In this document: positions 31,606-42,647 of the stretch, in pieces
Position numbering within the stretch: the stretch's first letter is position 1
Layout: the number at the start of each line of letters is the position of its first letter
NCBI GenBank assembly: GCA_021831785.1
Contig: JAKBMB010000028.1
Coordinates: forward strand, 162,620-226,619
Length of the DNA: 64,000 nt
Origin: Deltaproteobacteria bacterium
GTDB taxonomy: Bacteria; Desulfobacterota; Binatia; Binatales; Binataceae
Reading direction: 5' to 3'
Notes under the pieces: generated by a model
Databases searched by the model: none
Told to the model about the DNA's origin: nothing
What the model saw: only the letters and a program-made list of their open reading frames with translations
Position numbers and translations under genes: made by a program

Positions 31606-31737
31606 CCGTGGCGACTAAGGGAACAATAGGTCAGTTGGTGGACCTTTGGCAACCACCCGACCGGCACGGGCCTAATGTCCGCTCGCAGAGCAAATAAGGC
31701 AGGGTCGAGGCATCACGCAGCGCTTGCGGCGACGCGG

Positions 31738-32922
31738 CTAGGCGCGCCTTGGTTCTCGGCTTTGCGCCGCTCCGACACCGCAGCATTCGACCGCCGCGAT
31801 GGACGACGCCGACTGCGGGAAGTATTTGCGGCGCGCCCACAGCGCTACGTTAACCAGCGTGATGAGCACCGGCACTTCGACCAGTGGCCCGATAACCGCC
31901 GCAAAGGCCTCGCCGCTGTTCAATCCGAAGGTTGCAACGGCCACAGCGATCGCAAGCTCGAAGTTGTTCGAAGCCGCGGTGAAAGACAACGCGGCTGACT
32001 GCGCGTAATTAGCGCCTACCTGATAGCTCATCACGAAAGAAACAGCGAACATGATAACGAAGTAGCAAAGCAGGGGAATCGCAATCCTCACGACATCGAG
32101 CGGAAGCTCCACGATCGCTTCGCCCTTGAGCGAGAACATCACCACGATCGTGAAGAGCAGCGCAATGAGCGTAATCGGACTGATCTTCGGGATGAACCGC
32201 TCGCGGTACCACTGCTTGCCGCGCGCTCTGGTCAACACGACCCACGTGATGAGTCCGGCGGCAAAGGGCACGCCCAGATAGATTCCCACGCTCTCGGCAA
32301 TCTCCCCAACCGTAACGTGTACAATACCGCCCGCCAGTCCAAGCCAACGCGGAACCAGCGTCACGAAAATCAAAGCGTAGACGGAGTAAAAGAGAACCTG
32401 AAAGATCGAATTGAAAGCGACGAGACCCGCGCAGTACTCGGCATCCCCTTCCCCCAGATCGTTCCACACGATCACCATCGCGATGCAGCGCGCAAGCCCG
32501 ATCATGATCAGGCCGACCATGTAGGCTGGATACTGGCGCAAGAAAAGCACGGCGAGGCCAAACATGAGCAGCGGCCCTACGACCCAGTTCTGAACCAGCG
32601 AGAGCCCAAGAATTTTCCAGTCGAGGAAGACCTGGCCCAGTTCGTCGTAGCTCACCTTGGCCAGCGGGGGATACATCATGAGGATGAGCCCCGCAGCGAT
32701 CGGAATCGACGTCGTATCGACACTCAGCCGATCAATTACGGCCTTGGTATCCGGCACCAAATAGCCGAGTGCAACGCCGGCTGCCATAGCCAGAAAAATC
32801 CACAGCGTAAGGAAGCGATCGAGAAATGAAAGACGGCGCGCGCGCGCCGGTTGAGCAGCGGCCTCGACATGACCAACACTTGGCGCCAGCAAATCACTGT
32901 TCATTGGGTCTGTCCTCTGCAA
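31738..32922 (-). CDS. acr3: ACR3 family arsenite efflux transporter
   Basis: [46 protein letters not shown]. Confidence 0.95.
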   Translation of the reverse strand: MQRTDPMNSDLLAPSVGHVEAAAQPARARRLSFLDRFLTLWIFLAMAAGVALGYLVPDTKAVIDRLSVDTTSIPIAAGLILMMYPPLAKVSYDELGQVFLDWKILGLSLVQNWVVGPLLMFGLAVLFLRQYPAYMVGLIMIGLARCIAMVIVWNDLGEGDAEYCAGLVAFNSIFQVLFYSVYALIFVTLVPRWLGLAGGIVHVTVGEIAESVGIYLGVPFAAGLITWVVLTRARGKQWYRERFIPKISPITLIALLFTIVVMFSLKGEAIVELPLDVVRIAIPLLCYFVIMFAVSFVMSYQVGANYAQSAALSFTAASNNFELAIAVAVATFGLNSGEAFAAVIGPLVEVPVLITLVNVALWARRKYFPQSASSIAAVECCGVGAAQSREPRRA

Positions 32923-32944
32923 TTGCCTAATCGCTTGGGCGTCC

Positions 32945-33826
32945 TCAGGGCGCGGGCGCGGCCGCCGGCACGAGCAGAACGGGGACCTTCGCCAGCCGAA
33001 CGACCTGGTGGCTGACGCTGCCCAAAAACGTCTCCGGTATGCGGCCTCGGCCCTGGCTACCCATTACAATCATTGTGTCCGCCTGTTCGTTGGCCCGACG
33101 CACGATCTCCTGAACCGGAGAGCCGTAAGCGATTTCCACATCGACCGTGACACTGGCCCGGCTTCGCAAGCTGGTCGCGAGTCTTTCCAGGCGGGCGCCA
33201 TCGATAGCGTTGAACTCTTGCAGCCGATCCTGCAGATGCGGCGCGATCCGGTCCTTGTCCTGCACGTGCAAGAGCGTGACGTGATGCACGCCTGTTTCCG
33301 CCATTTTGCTAACATAAGCGAAGGCCCGTTCGGCGTTGTCGGAGAAGTCGGTCGGGAACAGCAAGCCTTTGCTAAGGTCTACACAGAGCGCATCGCAGCG
33401 CCCGGGCACATCTTCCTCGATCATGCGCATCCTGATAACGAGCGTCGGAAGCGTCGCATGGTGGATCAGAGCGTGCGCACAGCTTCCCAGAGGCATCTCG
33501 AAAGCGAACGTCCCTCCATGCGAGCCGACCACTACCAGTGACACTTTCTCGGTCCTGGCGACGCGGTCTATTTCGAGCGGGGGCGGTCCGCTGGGAATCC
33601 GCACGTCAGTCTTGAAGCCCTGCGCCTCGAGTTCTGCCTTCTGTTGCATCAGACGCGGCTCAACCAGGCGCGCCAGTTCATACTTCATGGCCTCCAGGTG
33701 CCTGATTCCCAGGGCGTGGACTAAAATTGCTTCTCGCGCGCCGAACGGGCGGAGACCCTGAAGGCATGAGATGAGTCGATCGGAGGCCGGCGAGAGATCG
33801 GTGGCCACGACAATCTTTTCGAACAT
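32945..33826 (-). CDS. Tandem universal stress protein
   Basis: Two USP domains (VATDLS / FPTDFS; VVGSHG / VMGSQG; GSV..QVVR..KVPVLLV). Confidence 0.9.
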   Translation of the reverse strand: MFEKIVVATDLSPASDRLISCLQGLRPFGAREAILVHALGIRHLEAMKYELARLVEPRLMQQKAELEAQGFKTDVRIPSGPPPLEIDRVARTEKVSLVVVGSHGGTFAFEMPLGSCAHALIHHATLPTLVIRMRMIEEDVPGRCDALCVDLSKGLLFPTDFSDNAERAFAYVSKMAETGVHHVTLLHVQDKDRIAPHLQDRLQEFNAIDGARLERLATSLRSRASVTVDVEIAYGSPVQEIVRRANEQADTMIVMGSQGRGRIPETFLGSVSHQVVRLAKVPVLLVPAAAPAP

Positions 33827-33866
33827 ATCGACCTTGGCTCCCTAACCCTTGCTCCTTTATCGCGCT

Positions 33867-34685
33867 TCAGCAGCAGGCGTGCGCCGCCTTGTGCGCGCGG
33901 ATGAAGGCGCTCATAAACCTGCCGTCAATCAAAGGCGCGAGCGCCTTGGCGTCGAGTCCCGCCTGGGCGAGCAGGTCTGCTGCGTCTTCGGCCCGATAAA
34001 TCCGAAACGGTTCGATCTCGACCGCCTCGAACCCGGCCGCCGTAAGCTTCCTCCGATACTCGTCATCCCCCAGCGCGCCAGCGATGCAACCGACCAGAAG
34101 TTCCACGTAGCGGCGCAATTCAGTGGGCATCTCGCCCCGCACGACGATATCAGCGACGGCCAGTCGGCCACCCGGGCGAAGCACGCGGAGCGCTTCGGCA
34201 AGCGCACGGTCCTTGTTGGCGGAAAGATTGATTACGCAGTTGGAAATGATCACGTCGACCGAGTTGTCCGGCAGCGGAATTTGTTCGATCTCGCCCTTAA
34301 GAAACTCGACGTTCTCGATGGCCGCTTTGCGCTGGTTCTCGCGCGCAAGCGCAAGCATTTCGTCGGTCATGTCGAGACCGTAGGCCTTACCCGTTGGCCC
34401 CACACGGCGCGCCGAGAGCAGCACGTCGATTCCTCCACCCGAGCCCAGGTCCAGCACAACCTCGCCCGGCTTGAGCTCGGCAACGGCGGTCGGATTGCCG
34501 CAGCCGAGCGACGCCTGTAGCACTTCGAGCGGAAGCCCGCCGATTTCCTCGATGCTGTAAAGGTTCGACGTTATCGGGTCGCCGCACGCGCTGTTCTCCC
34601 CGCCTCCGCAGCATGACGCGCCTTTGCCGGCTGCGCGCTGCGCCAGTTTCCTGTAATGCTCCCTGACGACTTCCTTGGTCTCCAT
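33867..34685 (-). CDS. arsM: Arsenite S-adenosylmethionine methyltransferase
   Basis: [41 protein letters not shown]. Confidence 0.93.
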   Translation of the reverse strand: METKEVVREHYRKLAQRAAGKGASCCGGGENSACGDPITSNLYSIEEIGGLPLEVLQASLGCGNPTAVAELKPGEVVLDLGSGGGIDVLLSARRVGPTGKAYGLDMTDEMLALARENQRKAAIENVEFLKGEIEQIPLPDNSVDVIISNCVINLSANKDRALAEALRVLRPGGRLAVADIVVRGEMPTELRRYVELLVGCIAGALGDDEYRRKLTAAGFEAVEIEPFRIYRAEDAADLLAQAGLDAKALAPLIDGRFMSAFIRAHKAAHACC

Positions 34686-34708
34686 AACCTCTCTCCTCAA
34701 GACGCGAC

Positions 34709-35068
34709 TTATGCGCGTCTCGCTTGCCGGCCGGCCGCCGGAGCGGCAGTGGCGCCGACCGGCACCGGTGCGCAAAGCTCGGGACGGCCTTGGCAGCAGT
34801 TTTCCGTCAGGTACGAGAGCAGAGCATTCATGGTCTTGAAATTGGCGCTGTAAATGATCAGGCGGCCCTGGCGCCGCGAGGTCACGAGGCTCGCAAACCG
34901 CAGTTGGTTCAGATGGAATGACAGCGTGGGCGACGGCTGGCCGAGACGCTCGCCAATTTCGCCTGCGGGCATTCCCGGCGGCCCCTTCTGAACCAGGATG
35001 CGGAAGATATCGAGCCGCGTCCCCTGGGCCAAGGCGCCCAGCGCGGCGATCACGGTTGACTTTTTCAT
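34709..35068 (-). CDS. arsR: ArsR family repressor
   Basis: ALAQGTRLDIFRILV, TLSFHL, YLTENCCQG (C-terminal vicinal Cys type). Confidence 0.92.
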   Translation of the reverse strand: MKKSTVIAALGALAQGTRLDIFRILVQKGPPGMPAGEIGERLGQPSPTLSFHLNQLRFASLVTSRRQGRLIIYSANFKTMNALLSYLTENCCQGRPELCAPVPVGATAAPAAGRQARRA

Positions 35069-35123
35069 AGTTCCACTTCTATCAAAATAATAGCCCGGTC
35101 GTCAAAGCCTCTGCCTCGGCCGA

Positions 35124-35327
35124 GAGTTTGTGAATTTTTGAGCAGTGGGGCGGGCACGGCGGCCCGCCCGGTCGCCGGTGATTCATTGGCCGCGCGGGCG
35201 TGGCGCCCGCGCCTCATGGCGGGCATTCTTCGGCTTCGCTCAGAACAGGCTCCGGCCCGCCCCACTAGAAACATATCGGGCGCAGCCTACGGCGGCATGC
35301 GGCAGCTTGCCAAAAATTCACCGGCGC
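35124..35327 (+). mobile_element. MITE family B, copy 2 (204 bp, internal core inverted relative to copy 1)
   Basis: GAGTTTGTGAATTTTTG ... CAAAAATTCACCGGCGC, flanked by CGA/TGA. Confidence 0.85.
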
Positions 35328-35575
35328 TGAGTGAACCCGGTTAAGCGTTGAAACTCCGGCGAAGCGTCTTGTCGGGGGCGACGACCTTATCGGTTCAACG
35401 GTCGCGGCCGGCCGTTATTGCTTGCCACTTTGTGCAAAAAGTCCCCTTGGCCGCTGCTCCCTCGCCTTTTATGCCGGCCGGGCAAGCTGGTAGTCTAAAA
35501 GCAGGGATGTTTGCGGTAAAAGAGCCGCACCACCTGGGGCAAGTCTGTTGAGCTACCACTGGGAGACAGGACGTT

Positions 35576-36511
35576 ATGAACCATAGCGCATCCGATAAAC
35601 CCACCGGCGTGTACGCCGCAGTTCTGACCCCCCTGACCCGCGAGCTGGATGTTGACCCGGGGCTGTTCGTCGCTCATTGCCGCTGGCTGCTACAAAACGG
35701 CTGCGACGGTCTCGCGCCCCTGGGCACAACCGGCGAGAGCAACTCGCTGTCGGTGCGCCAGCGGCTCTCGTTGATCGAGGCCGCGGCCGGCGCCGGACTT
35801 CCGATGGGCCGCGTGGTCGCGGGGGCCGGTTCATGCGCGCTGGCTGATGCGGTCGAGGTCACGCGCGCCGCGACCGCTGCGGGATGCGCCGGGGTTCTGC
35901 TATTACCGCCGTTTTACTATAAAAATCCCACCGAAGACGGTCTGTTCGCGTTCTTCGCCGAGCTCATCGAGCGCGTCGGCAGCCCGCGCCTGCGGCTTTA
36001 CCTCTATCACTTTCCGCAGCTTTCTACCGTACCGATCTCCGCCAAGCTAATCGGGCGGTTGATGGCGGCGTATCCGGGAATCGTGGCCGGGCTTAAGGAC
36101 AGTTCAGGCGATTGGTCGAACACCGCCAGTCTGCTCAAGGAATTTCCCGGCTTCGAGGTGTTCTCCGGCTCGGAGAAGTTTTTGCTCGCCAACCTGCGGG
36201 CCGGCGGCGTGGGCTGCATCTCGGCCACGGTCAACGTCACCGCGCCCTTGGCGCAGACGGTATATCGCGCCTATTTGAGCGGCGCGGAGACCGAGGCGCA
36301 CCAACAGGCGCTGACCGCCGTCCGGGTGGTGCTGGAGAGCTATCCGATGCAGGGCGCGCTCAAGCAGGTGATGAGCGCGATTACCGGGAACGCCGCGTGG
36401 CTCAACATTCTCCCGCCTAACCGGCCGCTGTCCGAGGCGCAAGCACGCGAGTTGATGGCGCGGCTGCGCGCGCTGCCCCAGACCCAGCCGCTCGGCCTCA
36501 AAGCCGCGTAG
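35576..36511 (+). CDS. Dihydrodipicolinate synthase / N-acetylneuraminate lyase family aldolase
   Basis: GTTGE, LLPPFYYK, LYHFP, GLKDSSGD. Confidence 0.88.
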   Translation: MNHSASDKPTGVYAAVLTPLTRELDVDPGLFVAHCRWLLQNGCDGLAPLGTTGESNSLSVRQRLSLIEAAAGAGLPMGRVVAGAGSCALADAVEVTRAATAAGCAGVLLLPPFYYKNPTEDGLFAFFAELIERVGSPRLRLYLYHFPQLSTVPISAKLIGRLMAAYPGIVAGLKDSSGDWSNTASLLKEFPGFEVFSGSEKFLLANLRAGGVGCISATVNVTAPLAQTVYRAYLSGAETEAHQQALTAVRVVLESYPMQGALKQVMSAITGNAAWLNILPPNRPLSEAQARELMARLRALPQTQPLGLKAA

Positions 36512-36562
36512 CCCGAAGCCGGCGGCCGCGAACCAACGCCCGCGCTGCACCGCGCAAAGCTA

Positions 36563-36775
36563 ACCCTGAAGCGAAAATAAGTTTATCGATGAAGACTCGA
36601 AAGTCCTCGCCCTATCCTTGTGCCATAGCCGAAAGACAGCGGACCGGCTTGCGGGTTTTTAGTGCGTTGGACGTTGCCCGGTCCGCGGGTCTCGGTGGCG
36701 CGGGCGGCCCTGCCCGTGCGGGGCACGGGCAGGCACGGCGGCCCGCCCCACTAAGATTTATTTTCGCTTCAGGGC
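36563..36775 (-). mobile_element. MITE family A, copy 2 (inverted, with an extra internal segment of about 45 bp)
   Basis: TA-ACCCTGAAGCGAAAATAA ... TTATTTTCGCTTCAGGGC-TA; interior is the reverse complement of 9596-9762. Confidence 0.8.
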
Positions 36776-37830
36776 TAATTGCCCGATAGCGCCTGGCGCG
36801 CGACTTCAGCCGCCGCGCTTGCCGCCCGCTCGATATCCGCGGAAGTGATCCCGTAGTGCGTGACGGCGCGAAAGCGCGTCGGGTCGCGCGGTATCATCAG
36901 CACGCCGCGCGCTTTAAGTCCGGCGTGGAAGCGGCTTGCGTCCTGAGCACCGCCCGCCACGCTGAAGAAAACCATGTTGGTGGGCCGCTGGCGGCGCTCG
37001 ACAACAAGCCCCGGGATGGAACCTAAGCGCTCCGCCAAAAGCCGCGCGTTCTCGTGGTCCTCGGCGAGCCGTTCAATCATGGTCTTGAGCGCGACGATTC
37101 CGGCAGCCGCGATAACGCCGGCCTGCCTCATCCCGCCGCCCAAAACCTTGCGCGCGCGGCGGGCCTCACCGACGAACGCCCGCGAACCGCATATGAGCGA
37201 CCCCACCGGACAGGCCAAACCCTTGGAAAGACAGAACGCGGCGGTGTCGGCAAACTGCGCTATCTGGTCCGCCGTGGTCTCCAGCGCGAGCGCGGCATTA
37301 AACACCCGCGCGCCGTCCAGATGAAGCGGTAGGCCGTGTTCGTGGGCAAGCCGGCTTACCTCCGCCATATGGGATAAACTGACCGCCGCGCCGCCGCACA
37401 AATTGTGCGTGTTTTCCATCACCACGAGCGCCGGCCTGGCAAAGTGCGGGTTGAGCGGCGCGCCAACTTGTTCGGCCAGCTCCACGAGGTCAAGCTCGCC
37501 CTCTGGCGTGTTGCGCACCGGAGATATCACGACCGCGCCCACGGCGGAGGCTCCGCCCGCTTCGTAGAGATTACTGTGCGCTTTGGCGCCCATGATCACT
37601 CTGGCGCCGCGCGGACAATGAACCAGGATCGAGACCAGATTCGCCATCGTGCCGCTGGGCACCAGGATCGCCGCCTCCTTGCCCATCATCTGCGCCGCCA
37701 TCTCTTCGAGCCGATTAACCGTCGGGTCTTCGCTGTAAACGTCGTCGCCGAGTTCAGCCTGCGCCATCGCCTTGCGCATCTCGGGCGTGGGAAGCGTCAC
37801 TGTGTCACTGCGCAGATCGATTATCTCCAT
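36775..37830 (-). CDS. ltaE: Low-specificity L-threonine aldolase
   Basis: [45 protein letters not shown]. Confidence 0.93.
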   Translation of the reverse strand: MEIIDLRSDTVTLPTPEMRKAMAQAELGDDVYSEDPTVNRLEEMAAQMMGKEAAILVPSGTMANLVSILVHCPRGARVIMGAKAHSNLYEAGGASAVGAVVISPVRNTPEGELDLVELAEQVGAPLNPHFARPALVVMENTHNLCGGAAVSLSHMAEVSRLAHEHGLPLHLDGARVFNAALALETTADQIAQFADTAAFCLSKGLACPVGSLICGSRAFVGEARRARKVLGGGMRQAGVIAAAGIVALKTMIERLAEDHENARLLAERLGSIPGLVVERRQRPTNMVFFSVAGGAQDASRFHAGLKARGVLMIPRDPTRFRAVTHYGITSADIERAASAAAEVARQALSGN

Positions 37831-37928
37831 CGCTCAACCAGCACCTTGGCCTGTCGCCGGCCGGCGCCCGCTCTTGCGAAGCTCGAACATGCCGCCTTAG
37901 GGTCGCGCGAGCCACCGCGGGGCCTAAC

Positions 37929-38804
37929 TCAGGGAAAGATCGCCTTTACCACTTCGTCGATCGCCGCTTTGCTTTCGGGTTCGTCGGTGAGCGACCAGGT
38001 GACGGCAACAGTGGCCGCGCGGCGCGGCGCGATGTCGTTTTTGATCAGCTCGCCGGCATAGATCAAAAGCCTCGTCGATACTCCTTCTTCGAGTCCGGCG
38101 CCCTTGAGATTCCGAATCTTCGCGCCGAGCAGCGCCAGTTGCTCGGCCGTATCGCGGTCGGCGCCGGATTCGTGCGCGATGATTTCCGTTTCTTTTTCCA
38201 GCGGAGGGTAGTTGAATTCGATGGTGATGAAGCGCTGGCGCGTCGAGTGCTTCAAATTTTTCTGGATGCTCTGGTAACCGGGATTATACGAGATCACGAG
38301 CAAAAAGGCGGGATGCGCGTTCAAAAGCTCACCGCGCTTTTCGATCGGCAGCATTCGCCGATGGTCGGAGAGCGGATGGATGAGGACGGTCGTGTCTTTG
38401 CGCGCTTCGACGATTTCGTCCAGATAACAGATGGCGCCGCGGCGCGCGGCCTGGGTCAGCGGCCCGTCGATCCACAGCGTCTGGTCCGCCTGAATAAGAT
38501 AGCGCCCCACCAAGTCGCTGCCGGTAAGGTCTTCGTGACAGGCCACGGTGATAAGTTCGCTTGGCCCGTCATGCTCGCCGGCGAGTTTGTGCGCCATGTG
38601 CTCGACAAACCGCGTCTTGCCGCATCCGGTCGGACCCTTGAGCAACACCGGCAGCCGCGCGCGATAGGCGGCGCGAAAAATCTCTACCTCGTCGCTTATC
38701 GGCAGATAGTAGGGCGGATTGTCGGGGTCAAGCCGCTTCACCTCGTGACCTTCATGGGTTCCGCGAAGCGAAGCGTCGAATTGTTTTGGCTCGATTGCCA
38801 TCAC
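37929..38804 (-). CDS. CbbQ/NirQ/NorQ family AAA+ ATPase
   Basis: [55 protein letters not shown]. Confidence 0.93.
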   Translation of the reverse strand: MMAIEPKQFDASLRGTHEGHEVKRLDPDNPPYYLPISDEVEIFRAAYRARLPVLLKGPTGCGKTRFVEHMAHKLAGEHDGPSELITVACHEDLTGSDLVGRYLIQADQTLWIDGPLTQAARRGAICYLDEIVEARKDTTVLIHPLSDHRRMLPIEKRGELLNAHPAFLLVISYNPGYQSIQKNLKHSTRQRFITIEFNYPPLEKETEIIAHESGADRDTAEQLALLGAKIRNLKGAGLEEGVSTRLLIYAGELIKNDIAPRRAATVAVTWSLTDEPESKAAIDEVVKAIFP

Positions 38805-38893
38805 TCTCCTTCTATCACTAGGGCGGCCGCACCGGCCGAATCCGAAGAAGGCCGGGGCGCGCGCTTAAAGCGCCGGCGCGCCACTAACCGGGG

Positions 38894-40432
38894 TCAGTTC
38901 CAGCGCGGCATGTACTCGGACGTACCGTCGCGGTTGTCCTTCGCCTCCCATCCCCGCGCCTGTAGCTGCATCCGCAGCTCGTCGGACCGGCCGAAATCCT
39001 TCTTGCTCCGCGCCTGCGCGCGCTCGTCGATAAGCGCCTGGATGTCCGCGGGAACTTTCAGCCGCTTCAAGTATTCGAATTGCTCCGCCAGGCGAATTCC
39101 GAGGACCCTGTCGAACTGCTTGAGCGTGCCGCAGATGCGGCGGTCGTTGTCGCGGTATGCCTTGTTTACCATCTCGAGCACCACAGCGAGCGCTTCCGGC
39201 GTGTTCAAGTCGTCGTTGAGCGCCGCTTGAAAGCGCTCACGATAAGCTTGCGTCCAGGGGCTGTCTGCTTCTTCAACCGGCGCGCTGGCGGCAAAGCCGT
39301 AAAGGTAGTAAAGATTGCGTTCGGCGGCGCGCACGGCGTCGATGCTGAAAACCAGCTCGGATCGATACTTCGCGCTCAGACAAAAAAGCCGAAAGGCCAG
39401 CGGATTCACGCGCGCCCGGATCAGGTCTTCCAGCACCGGGAACTTCCCCGCGCTCTTGCTGATTTTGGCGCCTTCCATCCCGACGAGAAACGCGTGATGG
39501 ACAAAGTAGCGCACAAACGGCCTTCCGGTCGCGCTTTCCGACTGCGCGATCTCGTTCTCGTGATGGATCGGGACGTGGTCGATTCCGCCCGAATGGATAT
39601 CGATCGTCGCGCCCAGATACTTCATCGCCATGGCCGAGCACTCGATATGCCATCCGGGATACCCGCGACCCCACGGACTGTCCCATTGCATCAGGTGCGT
39701 CGGCTGATTGAGCACCCAGAGCGCGAAGTCATGCGGGCTCTTTTTGTCCGGCGCGTGCTCCAGGCGCTGGCCGGCGTGCTGCTCATCCAGGCTCTGGCGC
39801 GAGAGGCGGCCGCGCCGGTTTGCGCCGCGATATTTCTCGACGTCGAAGTAGACCCCGCTGTGCGCGACGTAAGCGAAGCCGCGCTCCAGGATGCGGGCGA
39901 TGAGCGCGATCATGTCGGCGATGTGATCGCTGGCGGCGCAAATGACCTCGGGCATCTCGATGTTCAACACGTTAAGGTCCGCCAGGAAAAGGTCGCGATA
40001 AAAATGGGCCACCTCTTGCGGGGAGCGCCCCTCGGCGCGCGCGGTCTTTTCGACCTTGTCTTCGCCCGCGTCTTCGTCCGAGGTCATATGGCCGACGTCG
40101 GTGATGTTCATCACGTGACGGACCGCGTAACCGTTGAACTCGAGCGCGCGCTTGAGCGTGTCGGCAAAAATGTAGCTGCGCATGTTGCCCAGATGCTGGC
40201 GCAGGTAGACCGTGGGTCCGCACGAGTAATAGGTGACCCGGTCGCGGTCAAGCGCAATAAACTCCTCAACCGAGCGGGAGAGCGAGTTGTATATGAAAAA
40301 CGGTCTCAGAGAGCTTCCTTTCAGGTTCGCGCTGCCGCCGACAAGTTGCGTGCCTGGCGGCCAAACTTGAGGTCCGGCCGCGCGCCGCTGTTCTTCGCTG
40401 CTGGTTGTAGCCGCATCTGAGACGATCGCCAT
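38894..40432 (-). CDS. cysS: Cysteine--tRNA ligase
   Basis: YSCGPTVY, HLGN, NITDVGH, DFALW, PGWHIECSAM, HHENEIAQ, KISKS; start uncertain. Confidence 0.94.
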   Translation of the reverse strand: MAIVSDAATTSSEEQRRAAGPQVWPPGTQLVGGSANLKGSSLRPFFIYNSLSRSVEEFIALDRDRVTYYSCGPTVYLRQHLGNMRSYIFADTLKRALEFNGYAVRHVMNITDVGHMTSDEDAGEDKVEKTARAEGRSPQEVAHFYRDLFLADLNVLNIEMPEVICAASDHIADMIALIARILERGFAYVAHSGVYFDVEKYRGANRRGRLSRQSLDEQHAGQRLEHAPDKKSPHDFALWVLNQPTHLMQWDSPWGRGYPGWHIECSAMAMKYLGATIDIHSGGIDHVPIHHENEIAQSESATGRPFVRYFVHHAFLVGMEGAKISKSAGKFPVLEDLIRARVNPLAFRLFCLSAKYRSELVFSIDAVRAAERNLYYLYGFAASAPVEEADSPWTQAYRERFQAALNDDLNTPEALAVVLEMVNKAYRDNDRRICGTLKQFDRVLGIRLAEQFEYLKRLKVPADIQALIDERAQARSKKDFGRSDELRMQLQARGWEAKDNRDGTSEYMPRWN

Positions 40433-40579
40433 ACCGAAAAGCCGTTTCAACCGACGCCGTTCTATCTTACCGGTCAGCGGCCCGCGACCGAAGAGATGTT
40501 CTCAGCCGGATGCGCGCCGGCGCTTGGGCCTCAAACGAAGATGATTGGCCGGCAGTGGTGGGCTACACTGATGCTTAGG

Positions 40580-42511
40580 ATGACGGTTCGCGTTAGGCAT
40601 TCGATCATTGGCACCGCCGGCCATATCGATCACGGCAAGAGCGCTCTGGTCAAAGCGCTTACCGGCCAGGACACCGACCGCCTCAAAGAGGAAAAGGAGC
40701 GCGGCATCTCCATCGACCTCGGCTTCGCCTACTTCACGCTGCCCAACGGCGAGCGGGTCGGCGTGGTCGATGTTCCCGGACACGAGCGGTTTATCCGCAA
40801 CATGCTCGCCGGCGCTCACGGCGTCGACCTCGCGCTGTTCGCGGTCGCGGCCGACGACGGCGTGATGCCGCAAAGCGAAGAGCACCTTGACATCCTCCAC
40901 CTGCTCGGAGTGGCGCGGGGAATCTTCGTCATCACCAAGGCCGACCTGGTCGACGAAAAGCGCCTGTCGGAGGTGAGAGAGGAAATAGAGTTGCTCGCCG
41001 AAGGGACGCGCCTGCAGGGCGCACCGGTGGCCGCGGTCTCGAGTCTCACCGGCTACGGCCTGGACGAACTCAAGGCCGAGATCGCGCGCCAACTCGAGGG
41101 CTTTGCCGGCAGGCCCACAGGCGAGCTGTTCCGGCTGCCGGTAGACCGCGCCTTTGTGATCAAGGGGCACGGCGTGGTGGTCACGGGCACGGCGATGGGC
41201 GGCGCGGTCGGCGTGGGGCAAAAGCTAAGGCTGCTGCCGTCGGCGGAATTGGTGCGAGTCCGCTCGGTCCAGGTCCATTCGACCGCGGTGGAGCGCGCCG
41301 AATCGGGCCAGCGCGTCGCGCTCAATCTAAGCGGCGGCGAGCGGGCGCTCGTCAAGCGCGGCGACGTGGTCGCCGACGAGCGCCTGGATTTAACCACCGC
41401 GCGTCTTGACGCCGTCTTTGAGGTGCGTCCGTTCGCCAAACGTCCGCTTAAGACCAACGATATGGTTCACCTGTTTCTCGGCACCACCGAGACGCTCGGG
41501 CGGGTCATCGTGCTCAACGAAGGCGGCGAGATCGCGCCCAAGCAAAGCGATTTCGTTCAGTTCGTCCTGCGCGCGCCGGTGGTCGCTCTGCGCGGGGACC
41601 GCTTCGTGGTGCGCGACGCCGCCAGTCAGCGCACTATCGGCGGCGGCGTGGTCATTAATCCGCTCGGCCGACGCTCGCGCAACCCGCCGGCGCGCTATCG
41701 CCGCCTGCTCGCGGCGCTGAACCAGAGCTCCGGCACGGCGGCAATCGCCGCGATGATCGACCTGCAGGAGGCTCTGGCGCTGGAGCCCGCGCGGATTTCG
41801 CACATCCTGAACCTTCCGCTCGCCGCGGTTCAGGCGGCGCTGACTGCCCCGGTCTTCAGTGCGGTCTCAGCCGGCGACGAAGTCGGCTTTACGACCATCG
41901 CCAAGTGGAACGACTTTAAGCGCTTCGCGCTGGAGGCGGTGGCGGCCTTCCATCAGGCGTATCCGCTCGCCGCCGGAATGGAGATGGAAGCGCTTCGCGC
42001 GCGCTCCCCGTATCAGGTCGCGCCGCGGTTGTTCCGCGCGCTGGTCGACCGGCTGGCGGGTCAGTCCGAGCTCGCGCGCAACGAGAGCATTTTGCGCCTG
42101 CGCTCTCACCGCGTCGAGCTCGCGGGCGAAGACAGCAAGCTTGCCGGCGCAATCGAGGCGGCGCTTAAGACCGCCGGCTTCCAACCACCCGATCTGCGCC
42201 AACTGGCCGAAGCGCTTAAAGCCACCGCCCAGCGGGAAGCCCGGGTTATCCAGCTCCTCGACGTGCTCGAACGCGAGCAGCGCGTGGTCAAGGTGGCCAA
42301 GGACCTCTATTTCTCGGCCGGCGCGGTGAAGGAGGCCCAAGCGCGGCTGCTCGAATATTTCAAGGCCCACAGCGAGATCAGCGCCGCGGCCTTTCGCGAC
42401 TTGCTCCAGGCCTCGCGCAAATTCGCGATCGCCCTGCTCGATTACTTCGACCACAGCGGATTTACGCTGCGCGTCGGCGACATGCGCCGCCTGCGCGCCG
42501 GCGCCGGTTGA
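40580..42511 (+). CDS. selB: Selenocysteine-specific elongation factor
   Basis: GTAGHIDHGKS, EEKERGISIDLGF, DVPGHERF, C-terminal winged helix SRKFAIALLDYFD...RVGDMR. Confidence 0.95.
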   Translation: MTVRVRHSIIGTAGHIDHGKSALVKALTGQDTDRLKEEKERGISIDLGFAYFTLPNGERVGVVDVPGHERFIRNMLAGAHGVDLALFAVAADDGVMPQSEEHLDILHLLGVARGIFVITKADLVDEKRLSEVREEIELLAEGTRLQGAPVAAVSSLTGYGLDELKAEIARQLEGFAGRPTGELFRLPVDRAFVIKGHGVVVTGTAMGGAVGVGQKLRLLPSAELVRVRSVQVHSTAVERAESGQRVALNLSGGERALVKRGDVVADERLDLTTARLDAVFEVRPFAKRPLKTNDMVHLFLGTTETLGRVIVLNEGGEIAPKQSDFVQFVLRAPVVALRGDRFVVRDAASQRTIGGGVVINPLGRRSRNPPARYRRLLAALNQSSGTAAIAAMIDLQEALALEPARISHILNLPLAAVQAALTAPVFSAVSAGDEVGFTTIAKWNDFKRFALEAVAAFHQAYPLAAGMEMEALRARSPYQVAPRLFRALVDRLAGQSELARNESILRLRSHRVELAGEDSKLAGAIEAALKTAGFQPPDLRQLAEALKATAQREARVIQLLDVLEREQRVVKVAKDLYFSAGAVKEAQARLLEYFKAHSEISAAAFRDLLQASRKFAIALLDYFDHSGFTLRVGDMRRLRAGAG

Positions 42512-42647
42512 CTTGATGGCAAGGCGGCGTTCCGCTAGGGATTGGTTAGCGCGCGAGGTAAGGCGAGCAGCCGGACCGCCTCCGGACTCGCCCCGGGCGC
42601 TTCGGATAGGAATTGGCCGACGCGCGACGCCAACCAACTGAGACGCT

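Noticed and set aside
39080-40420. Long antisense ORFs (also 2424-3428, 46002-47264, 48585-49607, 53954-55255)
   Set aside because: Shadow ORFs opposite well-supported genes, typical of high-GC DNA
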